A DNA stretch of 64,000 bases from Candidatus Atabeyarchaeum deiterrae (GCA_037310415.1 CP147780.1:1184001-1248000), one strand, 5' to 3'. Positions 29,372-39,747 are shown, counted from the stretch's first letter. A program made the numbers and translations. Notes: a model not told the origin generated them from the letters alone.

Positions 29372-29900
29372 TTGAAGAAGACGGCCAAAATAACTTGGTC
29401 GAACTATGTTACGCTCGCAGCTGTCGATTCACTCGTCACCGTATCAGGAGTCTTGGCTGGTATCACCGGCGAGTTGTCTACAAACAAGTCCATCGTAATA
29501 TCTGGTGCGCTAGCTGCCAGCTTTGCTACCGCCGTGGCCTTGTTTTTTGCTGTCTACTTGAACGCAGCTCACGAATCTCGGGCTGATTACCCATTCCCAA
29601 CGTTTCCCACGCCTGGCAGAGCCCTAGCTAAGGCTACCGGGACCGCAGTTTTCGCAGGAATAGTGGGGATATCCATGGTATCGCCTTTCTTCTTCCTTGG
29701 AATAGCGGATGCTTTTCTGTTTTCTGTTTTCAGTTTTCATGAGTCTAGTCTCGCTATCAATCGTAGGTTGGTGCAGAGAAGGGAAAAGAATAAAGAAGCA
29801 GAAACTGATAGCTGCACTTGAAACCCTTAGTTTGGGTCTCGCAGCCATAGTCATAGCACGACTAGTCTCGCTACTAATAGTCGTGGTTGTTTCACCATGA
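29372..29900 (+). pseudogene. VIT1/CCC1-like transporter, frameshifted at a heptamer repeat
   Basis: N-part AAVDSLVTVSGVLAGI..ISGALAASF. C-part continues in another frame (SVFMSLVSLSIVG..ETLSLGLAAIVIA). Deleting 7 nt gives one 173-aa ORF. Confidence 0.7.
29713..29740 (+). repeat. Tandem heptamer repeat, 4 copies (TTTTCTG TTTTCTG TTTTCAG TTTTCAT)
   Basis: Read directly from the sequence. Confidence 0.9.
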
Positions 29901-30069
29901 GGGTCGTTGTAGTGCCTTCTCGATTCAGGGATTGTTGGAGATAGGCGTGCCTTTCTGCACGTCATCACTCTTATCTCTGATGATTGCTTAACCGTATGTA
30001 GAAGAGGAGAGTGCCCCGGAGATAGCCACAAGGAAAAATAAGGAGACTGGGCGAAGCTCGTATGAAAAG

Positions 30070-31548
30070 ATGCTTGTTGCGGATGCATTCTTTATTATTG
30101 GATGTATTCTTCTCTCTTTTGGGGCAGGTTTCAGTTTCTATCATATCCCAGCCGAGGCCATTGATGATGTCATACCTTTAATCGTTGAGAACAATTACTC
30201 CCAAAACTTTTCAACGTACCTGTCTCCAGGAGACACCTTGTCAATCGGAGTCAAACCCTACGCTGCAGCCAACCTCACTCTGGTCTTGCTTGATCCTGGC
30301 TCCAATCCACTCTGGTCAATTGAGGCAAATTATGCCGGATCCCCTTTGAACTTGACGTACAATGCAGACGGTGCGGGCAACTACATGGTGATCGTTTTTG
30401 AGAACCTCTCAAAATCATCAAACAAACCTGTATACTGTGAAGTTGAAATCATGAGCGTGCTGGCTCCCAGCTCGTCGATCAGACCGTACATCATCTATGG
30501 CATTGTCTTGATCTTAATTGGGTTTGCTTCGGTAGTGTACTCTCGGAAAACTGGTGTAAAAGTCAAAGATGTGGAAGAGTGGCATAATTGGAGGAGCTAC
30601 TTCCTTCCGTCGCTGTTTCTAGCATCCACAATCGGTTTCGCATTGATTTCATCCACCTATCTCAGCATGAGTTACATTCAAGTGTCACCTATGGAATCTG
30701 TTATCTTAGTTGTCTTTCCAGCTCTGAATGTGTTCACACTTTTGTTCGGCATGGGCACGCTTCAAGGCAGACCGCTCCAAATCTTCCGGAAAGCGCTGTT
30801 TGTTGCCATCTTAGCGTGGATTATCATCCCAAGTCTCGTGATGTATCTGATACCATATGTTGTCGCAAGTAACCTCTACAACTGGAATCCAGATCTATTC
30901 GTCAGATCTGTGCAGAGCCTGGCAGGGATGAACTCAGCTCTCTTCGGAATTGAAACCTTGGTCGTTATCGTAGTCATTGCCTACGGTCTATCACTGCAGT
31001 ACAGCAAGCATCGAGTTTATGGTTACATACTCGAAGTTGAGGCTATAGAACCTGGGAACCTTGACAGTCTCATGCGGAGACTTGGAAGTGCACTCGGAAA
31101 GAATAGTCTCGAAGAATTCTTCAAGAAGCTGAGAGAACAAGACCTGGAGACTTCCGTTTTTCTCTACTTCCTGTTATCCGACTACGTTGAATCGGGAGTG
31201 AATTCCTTTACCTACCATGGAGTCATAGCGGATCGAAGGAATGTCTTCAGCAAGGACATATACGAACGGAAACCAGCTGAGAAGATTCTCCGTCCTTTGG
31301 GATATTTAAGAGTCATTGGTGAAGACAGATTCAAGACATTCTCGCTTCAGACTGAAAGACCGTCTGTCAGCCGATTGACAGCCCTCTTCAAGAGCGTCAC
31401 TAAGAGGGACGGCAAGGAAAGCATTGAAAAGTGGGCTGGCGTAAATCTACTGAAAGAAAGGAGAAGAAAGTATTCTGGCTTGACAAAAGAGAAAGGCATA
31501 CTCAACGAAGAGAACCACCATAACGATAAGCGGGTAGAACACAATTGA
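30070..31548 (+). CDS. Hypothetical multi-pass membrane protein with extracellular beta-rich domain and cytoplasmic C-terminal domain
   Basis: 492-aa ORF: TM, about 110-aa domain with NxS/T sequons, about 5 TMs, about 180-aa charged tail. Confidence 0.7.
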   Translation: MLVADAFFIIGCILLSFGAGFSFYHIPAEAIDDVIPLIVENNYSQNFSTYLSPGDTLSIGVKPYAAANLTLVLLDPGSNPLWSIEANYAGSPLNLTYNADGAGNYMVIVFENLSKSSNKPVYCEVEIMSVLAPSSSIRPYIIYGIVLILIGFASVVYSRKTGVKVKDVEEWHNWRSYFLPSLFLASTIGFALISSTYLSMSYIQVSPMESVILVVFPALNVFTLLFGMGTLQGRPLQIFRKALFVAILAWIIIPSLVMYLIPYVVASNLYNWNPDLFVRSVQSLAGMNSALFGIETLVVIVVIAYGLSLQYSKHRVYGYILEVEAIEPGNLDSLMRRLGSALGKNSLEEFFKKLREQDLETSVFLYFLLSDYVESGVNSFTYHGVIADRRNVFSKDIYERKPAEKILRPLGYLRVIGEDRFKTFSLQTERPSVSRLTALFKSVTKRDGKESIEKWAGVNLLKERRRKYSGLTKEKGILNEENHHNDKRVEHN

Positions 31549-31567
31549 AGGTTGGTGATGAGTTTCA

Positions 31568-32110
31568 ATGATGTCAGATCGGGAGATATTGAAAGCGGTG
31601 GAGAAGGGGGAAGTATCTATCACTCCATTCTCTGCCAAAGAGATGTTAGGTCCTTGTAGCGTCGATCTACACTTGCTTGATGAATTCCGTGTTTTCAAGA
31701 TGGGCCGGGTCGTGGATCCAAAGGGAGACTACTCAAATGAGGAGGTAACTGAATTGATAATAACTAAGGGCCAACCGTTTATAATCGCTCCAGGGCAATT
31801 CACACTCGCAAGCACTGTTGAAAAGATTGCCATATCCAAGGGCATCGCAGCGACCTTGGAAGGCAGATCTTCAATAGCGAGACTCGGGATAATGGTGCAC
31901 GCGGCAGGACTAGTAAACCCCGGTACAGGTCTAACAAAACCATCAAGACTGACGCTTGAGGTGTCCTGCCAGAATAGCAGCCCAATCAAACTTTATCCAG
32001 GCATGAAAATAGTTCAGATTATCTTTCACCGGCTTGGAGAACCAGCTGGAACTGGCTACGATGAGAGAAAATCATCGAAATTCGTGGGGCTGGATCAGCC
32101 AAGCATCTAA
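31568..32110 (+). CDS. dcd: dCTP deaminase
   Basis: MSDREI, GPCSVDLHL, EGRSSIARLGI.VH.AGLVNPG, LTLE, LYPGMKIVQIIF. Confidence 0.9.
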   Translation: MMSDREILKAVEKGEVSITPFSAKEMLGPCSVDLHLLDEFRVFKMGRVVDPKGDYSNEEVTELIITKGQPFIIAPGQFTLASTVEKIAISKGIAATLEGRSSIARLGIMVHAAGLVNPGTGLTKPSRLTLEVSCQNSSPIKLYPGMKIVQIIFHRLGEPAGTGYDERKSSKFVGLDQPSI

Positions 32111-32409
32111 GTAACCCTGAATGCCTTCCGACTAGTTTCTGTGCGGGTGCTCAAGTAATCATCGATCTTGAAAACACTGCCTTCATTGGTGAGTCGCGAG
32201 ATTGATCTGCAGATCACTTAAAACACTACCTAGTTGGCGTCTCTCCTCATCATTCAGTCTTTCCTCAACCTGCTTCAGCATAAACCAGAAGCAATCTATT
32301 TCTACCCTAGCTTTGATCCGTATTCTTCTCAATTCTGTTCTGACAGAGGCCTAGCGTGAGCTTTTTAGAGCATAATAGGATAACTATGAAATTGAGGCGA
32401 TGAATCAGC

Positions 32410-33522
32410 GTGGTCGGCCGTCCCCGCGAACTAAGGATCGAAGCACTTTCGCCTGCGGAAAGAGCTTACCTGCTTGGCTTATACCTCGCCGATGGACGCG
32501 CTGATGTTACTAACCTTCGGAATGATTATAGAGGATATCGCGTCAGGCTCTTCCTACAGTGGAATGAGGAAAAGATAGGAGAGAAGGTAGTGGAGATGCT
32601 GAGGAGGACTGGCTTGAACGCGCACTTCGATAGACCCGAACAACGTGTAGACAGGATGGTAACCGTTCTTGCTTACTCCAAGGTCCTATTTGACTTCTTG
32701 CCAAATGCGAAAGCTCTCTTGGACGACGTGGCGGTGAGGAACACGTTCTTTGAAATGAATCGCTTGTTTGAGGTTGAAAATGCAATTCCATTCTTGAGTG
32801 GTCTTCTTGATGGCGACGGTTTTTGTGGTGCTAGTGTCAGGAGAGAGTATGGTCTTAGGAGCGTACGCAAGGAATGGTACTTCACCCAAACTAGGTATCC
32901 ATTTCTGGTCGACTATGTCAAGTGTTTTGTCGTGTCTCTTGCCGCGAATAGTGTGGGAGTGGCAGAAGTATCTAATGGCGGGAAACGAGTTCGATTCCGT
33001 AGGTCTGGTATGCAAGCACTGCTCGATGCTGGTATAGCTAAATACTCGTGGAAGATCCAGAAAATGTTGGAGGTAATTGCTGCAATTCAGCGGGATGCCG
33101 AGAGATTCTACACTGTAGGTGAAGTTGCCAAGATGCTCGGAGTAAGTCCGGGACTTGTCTTGCGCTGGGTGAAGACTAACAGGTTGGGTCATCTGAAGAG
33201 ATCAAAGATAGCACTAGGAAAAACAAAGCCAGACAAAACTCACCTCTGGCACTACATTCCTGCTAATGAGGTGGAGAGGTTAAGAGAAGGTGTTACGAAG
33301 AATAGAGAGGAGATAGAGAGAATCAAGAAGGATGGAATGAAGCTGTTGGATGCCGCCAGGGCGCTTAGAATCTCCCCGAATACGATGCGCGGATGGTATC
33401 GGCGTGGAGAGCTTCGAGCCACACTGATTCACGAACCGACATGGAAGGGTAGAGGATATTTGGTGATATCTAAAAACGAGGTTCAGAAGCTCAAAAAGAG
33501 GGTCGGTTGGACAGATGACTGA
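32410..33522 (+). CDS. Free-standing double-motif LAGLIDADG protein fused to two MerR/excisionase-like HTH domains
   Basis: YLLGLYLADG and FLSGLLDGDG, followed by YTVGEVAKMLGVSPGLVLRWVKTNRL and MKLLDAARALRISPNTMRGWYRRGELRA. No intein blocks. Confidence 0.8.
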   Translation: MVGRPRELRIEALSPAERAYLLGLYLADGRADVTNLRNDYRGYRVRLFLQWNEEKIGEKVVEMLRRTGLNAHFDRPEQRVDRMVTVLAYSKVLFDFLPNAKALLDDVAVRNTFFEMNRLFEVENAIPFLSGLLDGDGFCGASVRREYGLRSVRKEWYFTQTRYPFLVDYVKCFVVSLAANSVGVAEVSNGGKRVRFRRSGMQALLDAGIAKYSWKIQKMLEVIAAIQRDAERFYTVGEVAKMLGVSPGLVLRWVKTNRLGHLKRSKIALGKTKPDKTHLWHYIPANEVERLREGVTKNREEIERIKKDGMKLLDAARALRISPNTMRGWYRRGELRATLIHEPTWKGRGYLVISKNEVQKLKKRVGWTDD

Positions 33523-33635
33523 ACATGTGTGGAGGAGATACCTTTTTCTCAGGAGCCTCCCTTCATGGACCCAGCCCTGACGAATTCTGCATATGCCTGC
33601 GCTCGCTTTTGACCTCAAGTTTGACAGCAAAAGAG

Positions 33636-33995
33636 TCATGATTGATGTGTCACAAAATTGATTTTCAAGTCGCTCAGTAGGCTGTTCAGCTGGCGCTTTT
33701 CTTCTTCCGCCAGTTTTCCTTCGATCTGTTTGAATATGAATTCGAAAATATCAATCGCTACTCTAGCTTGATTCATGTCTTTCTCTATCTTGCTCGTGCG
33801 CGGATTGACGACCAAACCCAAGTTCCTCCATGCCGTTCCCGCGAGTACGCCCATGAAGAGCTTCAGTGTAGTATATGTATCGAGAGACGATATGTCAACG
33901 GCTTGCGGGCTTCCTTTCTCTTCCCCTTCGACTTCCTTTTCCTTTTTTTCCTCACTAGTATCTTTTGGTTGGCTCAAGCTTGCATGCTCCTCCAT
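33636..33995 (-). CDS. DUF1844-like protein
   Basis: AWRNLGLVVNP.T...EKDMNQARVAID..., LLSDLKINFV. Start uncertain (33995 or 34046). Confidence 0.75.
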   Translation of the reverse strand: MEEHASLSQPKDTSEEKKEKEVEGEEKGSPQAVDISSLDTYTTLKLFMGVLAGTAWRNLGLVVNPRTSKIEKDMNQARVAIDIFEFIFKQIEGKLAEEEKRQLNSLLSDLKINFVTHQS

Positions 33996-34056
33996 CCGAT
34001 GTCTTATCCTGTTATTCTTACTAATGGATCTGTGCGGGCTATTCACGATGCTCTGA

Positions 34057-34554
34057 TCAATACTTTTCGTAGTGCATTAACTGTTTTAGTGGTTTTCGAG
34101 GAATAGGTGGAAACTTTCCTTCAGGATATCCAAGCGGTAGAACCGTTAACAGATACCTGTCTTTTGGAATGCTCAGCAGCTCTTTGACCTTGTCTCTGTT
34201 CATGCTCCCAACCCAACATGTTCCGAGTCCGAGAGCATGAGCTGCCAACATAAAGTTCTGTGTGAGTATGCCTCCATCTGTCATGTACCAGTTCTCACTC
34301 ACCGCAGGATCGACGACTATCGCGATGGCCATCGGAACACTGGCCAAAAACTGTCCGTAAGCGCACTCCTTGGAGATCGTCCTCAACATATCTTTATTCT
34401 TAATTATGATGAAATCCCAGGGTTGACCATTGTGGGCTGAAGGGGAAGCCACACATGCTTCAAGCACTTTATGAAGCTTCTCTTCTTCTACTGGCTGATC
34501 TTTCTTGAATCTTCTTACACTTCTCCTGCCGTTTATTGCCTCAAATACATCCAT
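34057..34554 (-). CDS. Nitroreductase family protein
   Basis: RRSVRRF, SPSAHNGQPWDF, LAAHALGLGTCWVG, PLGYP. Confidence 0.92.
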   Translation of the reverse strand: MDVFEAINGRRSVRRFKKDQPVEEEKLHKVLEACVASPSAHNGQPWDFIIIKNKDMLRTISKECAYGQFLASVPMAIAIVVDPAVSENWYMTDGGILTQNFMLAAHALGLGTCWVGSMNRDKVKELLSIPKDRYLLTVLPLGYPEGKFPPIPRKPLKQLMHYEKY

Positions 34555-34709
34555 TTAGTTAGTCCCTCCTTTATTGACAAGACAAAAGAAATATGTTCTC
34601 TTAAGGATATATATCAAAAGATCGGTCGAGCTGAAGACACAACCAGCTGTCATGTTGATCAACGTACGTAATTACTCACAAATCAAGGGATTAAGGGGAT
34701 GTTCGAGAA

Positions 34710-35693
34710 TTGCCATCTACTGGGAGTTCAGAGAGAACGAGGCTCGGATATGCTTACACCTTAGTGGCTGGCATATCTTTCAGTTTCACTGCATTGTTTT
34801 CGACTTTCCTGAAAAACCTGGGTGTCCCGTCAATCGAGCAAGGATTCTTCAGAATCTCCTTCACAGCAGTATTCTTCGGAATAGTCTTGTTGCTCAGATC
34901 CTCGCTACGTCACATAGATAGAACTGATGTCAAATTCTTCGTTATCAATGGGCTCTTCGGAATATGTCTTTCCATAACCGCTTACTTGTCTTCGATAGCA
35001 CTGGGCACACCCCTTGCAGTTGCAATCACTCTATCCTATCTCCAACCGATGTTCTCGGTTATACTTGCGAGAGTGTTTCTGAGTGAAACAATCACCAGAA
35101 TGAGAGTTGTCGCTGTTGTCACTTCCATTATCGGAGCATCCATAGTCAGCGGTATTTGGGAAGTCTTCAGCGCTGCGATGCAGATCAACATAGTTGGAGT
35201 GCTCTTGGCAACGTTGAATGGGTTCTTCTATTCGGTATACGTCATAGTCGGTAGACTCTCAGGCTCAAGCAAGAGCTACCATTTCGAGACAACAATGTTC
35301 TATTCATTCTTCTTCGGTCTGTTGTGGATGGCCCCAATCTGGCTGTTAATTAGCGAGTTCATCAAAGAACCAATAGTGACAGGTTTTGTAGTGGCTTTCT
35401 TACCTGAAGCTTGGACTTATCTAGTGCTAATCGCAGTTGTTGCGACAATCATTCCATACGGTCTTCTTGCCCTTGGACTAAGAAACCTCAAAGCTTCCAA
35501 AGCTGGTATTCTCCTTCTGATCGAACCTGTGTGCGTCATGATCATGCAAGTATTCGTACTCGGTCAGCCTCTCGCGCCATTGGCACTCGTTGGGGCAGCA
35601 CTGGTGCTGAGTGCCACGATACTTGTAAGCTTCGAAGGAAGATCTAGCAAGTTCAGCGCCAAGAGAGCCAAAGGTAGAGAATGCAAGAGTTGA
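34710..35693 (+). CDS. EamA/DMT-family transporter
   Basis: About 10 TMs, YLQPMF..ILARVFLSE, LLIEPV. Confidence 0.85.
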   Translation: MPSTGSSERTRLGYAYTLVAGISFSFTALFSTFLKNLGVPSIEQGFFRISFTAVFFGIVLLLRSSLRHIDRTDVKFFVINGLFGICLSITAYLSSIALGTPLAVAITLSYLQPMFSVILARVFLSETITRMRVVAVVTSIIGASIVSGIWEVFSAAMQINIVGVLLATLNGFFYSVYVIVGRLSGSSKSYHFETTMFYSFFFGLLWMAPIWLLISEFIKEPIVTGFVVAFLPEAWTYLVLIAVVATIIPYGLLALGLRNLKASKAGILLLIEPVCVMIMQVFVLGQPLAPLALVGAALVLSATILVSFEGRSSKFSAKRAKGRECKS

Positions 35694-35717
35694 AAGCAGT
35701 TGGAATAGGTGTGGTTT

Positions 35718-36344
35718 ATGGACTCTTTGTTTTTCAGACAATTGAAGTCACTTGGGCTCGACAACTTCTCCTACATAGTTGGTGACGGGGAGAGCAAATT
35801 GGCTGCCGTAGTGGATCCACCCGCGAACCCCAATGAAGTGCTTGACATAGTAGCCGAGTATGACCTGAAGGTGCTCTACATCATAAACACCCACGGACAC
35901 TTTGATCATACAGCAGGCAACGAGAAACTGAAGAAGGCAACGGGAGCAAAGATCGTTTCGCATGAGAGCAGCACAGTGAAGAAAGACATGTCTGTTAAAG
36001 ATGGAAACATCATCAAGCTTGATGGAGTGAGAATAGAAGTCATGCATACTCCTGGGCACACGCCTGACGGCATCTCATTACTAGTTCAAGACAGACTAGT
36101 CTTAACTGGAGACACGCTGTTCGTTGGCGAATGCGGAAGAACAGATTTGCCAGGCAGCGACCCTAGAAAGATGTATGAAAGCCTCTTCGGGAGACTGATG
36201 AAACTGAACGACAGTATTGAAGTCTACCCTGGTCACGATTACGGAGTTCTACCATACTCGACAATAGGATACGAGCGAGAGCACAACTATACTCTTAAAT
36301 TGAGAACCAAAGAAGAATTTGTTAGGTTCATGGCCCAACCCTGA
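35718..36344 (+). CDS. MBL-fold hydrolase (glyoxalase II-like)
   Basis: NTHGHFDHTAGN, HTPGHT, TGDTLFVGECGRTDL, YPGHDYG. Confidence 0.9.
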   Translation: MDSLFFRQLKSLGLDNFSYIVGDGESKLAAVVDPPANPNEVLDIVAEYDLKVLYIINTHGHFDHTAGNEKLKKATGAKIVSHESSTVKKDMSVKDGNIIKLDGVRIEVMHTPGHTPDGISLLVQDRLVLTGDTLFVGECGRTDLPGSDPRKMYESLFGRLMKLNDSIEVYPGHDYGVLPYSTIGYEREHNYTLKLRTKEEFVRFMAQP

Positions 36345-36479
36345 CCATGCAACGGAGAACCCTCCATAAGAGGATCTCCCCACTTCACATCATCTTAATA
36401 TCTCTTACATTGTAGTTTGGAGGAGTCATGAATCGTAGTAGATTACAACCCTGCAGAGTATGTAACGGCGAGGTGCTGA

Positions 36480-37928
36480 TTGATGAGGAATGCATCGAGT
36501 TTCCAAGCTTCCAAAGACAAGATTGACAAAATTCGCTGTGTTTTCGACCCCAAGTCAATAGCAGTGGTAGGAGCTTCCAGCACACCGATAACTTGGGGTA
36601 ACTGGATCGCTAAGAATGTTGCCGAGGGTGTCAACAGACGAAAGGTTTTTTTCATCAATCCAAAATTGAAGATGATTCTCGGACTGCAATCCTATCCGAG
36701 CATCAAGGAAGTTGGCGATGAAGTTGAACTTGCTGTAGTAATAGTTTCTTCTGACAAAGTCCTTCCTGTGGTGGATGAATGCGTGTCAAAGGGCGTCAAA
36801 GTCATTCAGATAATTAGCGGAGGATTTAGAGAGGCCACGGAATGGGGAAAGAGAGCTCAGGAAACGCTGACGGCGATCTCCCATGAAACTGGTGTGAGAA
36901 TTCAAGGGCCTAACTGCAATGGTGCACTCAATGTCTCTGCTAACCTGAACACTTCCTCGGCGCCGAATCACTTTTTGAAGGATAGCCCAATAGGATTTGC
37001 AACTCAATCAGGGTACATTGGCAACACTTTCCTTTATAATGGGCCCGCCACAGGAATATCCTTCGGCAAATATGCTAGCGTAGGAAATGAGGCTGACCTC
37101 ACCATTACAGACTTCATAGAGTACTTCGGAGAAGACCCTTCTGTCAAGGTCATAATGTCATACATCGAGGGCGTGAGGAGTGGGAAGCGTTTCAGAGAAG
37201 TGGTTGAGAAGGTCTCAAAGCGGAAACCGATTGTCGTGTTCAAAGTTGGGGAATCAGAGTCAGGATCGAGAGCTGCATTATCCCACACCGCTTCTATTGC
37301 AGGGTCCTGCCCTGTTTTCAAAGGATTATTCAAGCAGCTTGGGGTAATTCAAATCTCGGAACTCGATATGTTACCACGGATAGCAAATGCACTTGCCAAG
37401 TTTCCGCTCATGAGAGGCAAGAAAGTCACCGTCATAACGATCGGAGCCGGTTGGGCTGTTGCCCTAAGTGACGCATTGCCTAGGGGAGGGCTCCAGGTTC
37501 CAGAGTTTTCATCTGAACTTCAATCAAAGATAAGGAAGTTCATTCCGTCAGAGAGAGCTTCGGTCAGAAACCCGATAGACTTTGGTGCTGGTGGCGTGTA
37601 TGATCCAGTTCTTCTCAGCAGACTGATTGAGCTACTATTCTCAGAAAACGAAGTGGACGCCATCGTCATCTCAGGGATCGGCGAAATGGCTCCCATAGAA
37701 CCTTCGTCCGTCGAATGGGAGGTCGCACTAGGATCAAAAGCATACGAGAACAGCCTAAAGTACAGCAAGCCTATCGTATTCTTCACACCGCTTACGAAAA
37801 TGAGCAGTATCTCAGTTGAAAAACTCATAGACCAAGGTGTCCCAATCTCTCACAGTATCTCTGAGGTAGTAACTACTCTCAGTAGCCTTCGCCAGCGTTG
37901 GAACTCCCCAAAACGTGAGACTAGATAA
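36480..37928 (+). CDS. Acyl-CoA synthetase (NDP-forming), alpha subunit / CoA-binding protein
   Basis: FDPKSIAVVGAS, QGPNCNG, TQSG, SVGNEAD, phospho-His LSHTASIAG, NPID. Confidence 0.88.
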   Translation: MMRNASSFQASKDKIDKIRCVFDPKSIAVVGASSTPITWGNWIAKNVAEGVNRRKVFFINPKLKMILGLQSYPSIKEVGDEVELAVVIVSSDKVLPVVDECVSKGVKVIQIISGGFREATEWGKRAQETLTAISHETGVRIQGPNCNGALNVSANLNTSSAPNHFLKDSPIGFATQSGYIGNTFLYNGPATGISFGKYASVGNEADLTITDFIEYFGEDPSVKVIMSYIEGVRSGKRFREVVEKVSKRKPIVVFKVGESESGSRAALSHTASIAGSCPVFKGLFKQLGVIQISELDMLPRIANALAKFPLMRGKKVTVITIGAGWAVALSDALPRGGLQVPEFSSELQSKIRKFIPSERASVRNPIDFGAGGVYDPVLLSRLIELLFSENEVDAIVISGIGEMAPIEPSSVEWEVALGSKAYENSLKYSKPIVFFTPLTKMSSISVEKLIDQGVPISHSISEVVTTLSSLRQRWNSPKRETR

Positions 37929-38076
37929 GCCTAAAAAGGATAACATGTCACAAAATGAAGAAAGAATAGCGAGAAAGCAACTTTCAAACAGACATCTTGT
38001 GTCCTCGATGATAAGGATTACACGTCTAGAATTTGGGCCTTCAAGTAATAGCAGATGACTCCGGAAGAGAAGATCG

Positions 38077-39579
38077 ATGAATAGAACATCTCTAAGAGAT
38101 AGATACTCTGTAATCCTAGTTTTGATGTTTGTGTGGGCTGTGATCTACAGAGTAATCATCATGTACCCGTTCTACGCTAACGGGTACCCCGCTGGCTTTG
38201 ACTCCTACCTTCATGCGGGCATGATCTACAACATCGCTAACAATGGTTTTCAAATCCCGACAGCGATTATCTATCCACCGTTCTTCTACCTTACCCTGGG
38301 GGATCTCTACGTTGTCACAGGTGTCCATCCGCTTTGGCTAATTGCGCCATACGGCATAATAGTCGATTCTCTCGCAGTTTTTCCGATGTACTACATCGCA
38401 AAGAAGATAGCAGACAATAATAGGGATGTGGGGTTACTGGCTGCTTTTTTCCAATCGTTGAATCCGATTACCCTAGATCTGCTTTGCTCTGGCACCATTC
38501 CAAACATAATCGGGTTTCTGTGGCTTCTCCTACTGATTTCTGTTCTTGTAAGCGACCTACGGAATAAGCCAGTGGGAATAATCATGATGGGCATACTTAC
38601 TAATCTGCTCTTCCTGACGCATATATTGGTAGCCGGTTTCTATGGCTTCCTGTTCATCATGATCTTCTTTTGGGAGGTAGCACTCAGAAAAGGCAATCTG
38701 TACTTCAAACCAATGCTTTTCTCCATACTGATCGCAATTCCTATGACAGTCCTATACTATTTACCGAGGGTAGTCTTCGTCTCTTTGGGAGGCACGGGTA
38801 CTGCCGAGGACATTCTCGCATGGACGTTTCCGATCCTGTTCCTCACTCCAATCCTTTGCTCACCCTGGATCTTCCTTATCAAACGAGAGTGGAGCAAAAG
38901 GTACGTGTCAAGAACACCTCACATAAACCTTCTGAAACTTTGGTATGCCGCGCCCCTCGTCATTACCTTCGTGTTCTTGTGGCAGATAGCAATCTACCCG
39001 CGAATGTGGTATTTCTTCACCTTTCCAGACATAGTCATTCTGGCAGCAATCCTAACCAGAAAGTTTGTCATGATGAGGAAGGTACGTGGACCAAGATCTA
39101 CAAAGAAGATTGTGGCAGCTTTCATAGCCGCAACTGTCATCTGCACTTTCATTGGTGGCACGGTAAATTTCAATGGATTTTTCAATGCTACACCAGAGAG
39201 ACTTGCACTAATACAATGGACAAGGACCAATACTCCTCCGAATGCAGTGTTTTGCACAGAGGAGGAACACATTCCTACCCACTTGGGCTGGTACATTACT
39301 GCCCTAACTGGGAAGTCGGCCCATGAAAGTCTCTCGGCTTTCTCGGCAGTACTCGAAGTCGGCTCGGCATCAGTATTCGATCTTAGGAACTCAAGGAACA
39401 TAACGACACTAACTGCGAGATCGCAGGACTGGAATAGCTCTGTCAGAGCACTTCAGGTTACCTATGTCATCCTTCTTGTGAGCGTATCTCATCCTAACTA
39501 TGCACCAATTGCTAGCGAGATGGTGTACAGTGATGGGGTTTACTTCATTTACAACGTTACCGCATATACTTACGGTTGA
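38077..39579 (+). CDS. GT-C-fold-like polytopic membrane protein (putative glycosyltransferase)
   Basis: First external loop PAGFDSYLHA..YPPFF, about 11 TMs, LTH motif, C-terminal WTRTNTP..external domain. Confidence 0.65.
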   Translation: MNRTSLRDRYSVILVLMFVWAVIYRVIIMYPFYANGYPAGFDSYLHAGMIYNIANNGFQIPTAIIYPPFFYLTLGDLYVVTGVHPLWLIAPYGIIVDSLAVFPMYYIAKKIADNNRDVGLLAAFFQSLNPITLDLLCSGTIPNIIGFLWLLLLISVLVSDLRNKPVGIIMMGILTNLLFLTHILVAGFYGFLFIMIFFWEVALRKGNLYFKPMLFSILIAIPMTVLYYLPRVVFVSLGGTGTAEDILAWTFPILFLTPILCSPWIFLIKREWSKRYVSRTPHINLLKLWYAAPLVITFVFLWQIAIYPRMWYFFTFPDIVILAAILTRKFVMMRKVRGPRSTKKIVAAFIAATVICTFIGGTVNFNGFFNATPERLALIQWTRTNTPPNAVFCTEEEHIPTHLGWYITALTGKSAHESLSAFSAVLEVGSASVFDLRNSRNITTLTARSQDWNSSVRALQVTYVILLVSVSHPNYAPIASEMVYSDGVYFIYNVTAYTYG

Positions 39580-39747
39580 TAACAACAATTGGATAATAGT
39601 CAGACTATTGACTACTGTCTAAACCACCTTGGATGAACTTCGTCAAGTCTGATGTACCAAGGCAATGGAACGGTTGACCAAAATGGTCGGAAAATTCGAC
39701 TTCTCCAGCTGCTCAGTCTGGACCCCGCAAGTGCAGAGCGCTTCTTG

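Noticed and set aside
29624-30088. 154-aa minus-strand ORF and the many other antisense ORFs in the track
   Set aside because: They are shadow frames of well-supported genes and have no recognisable motifs.
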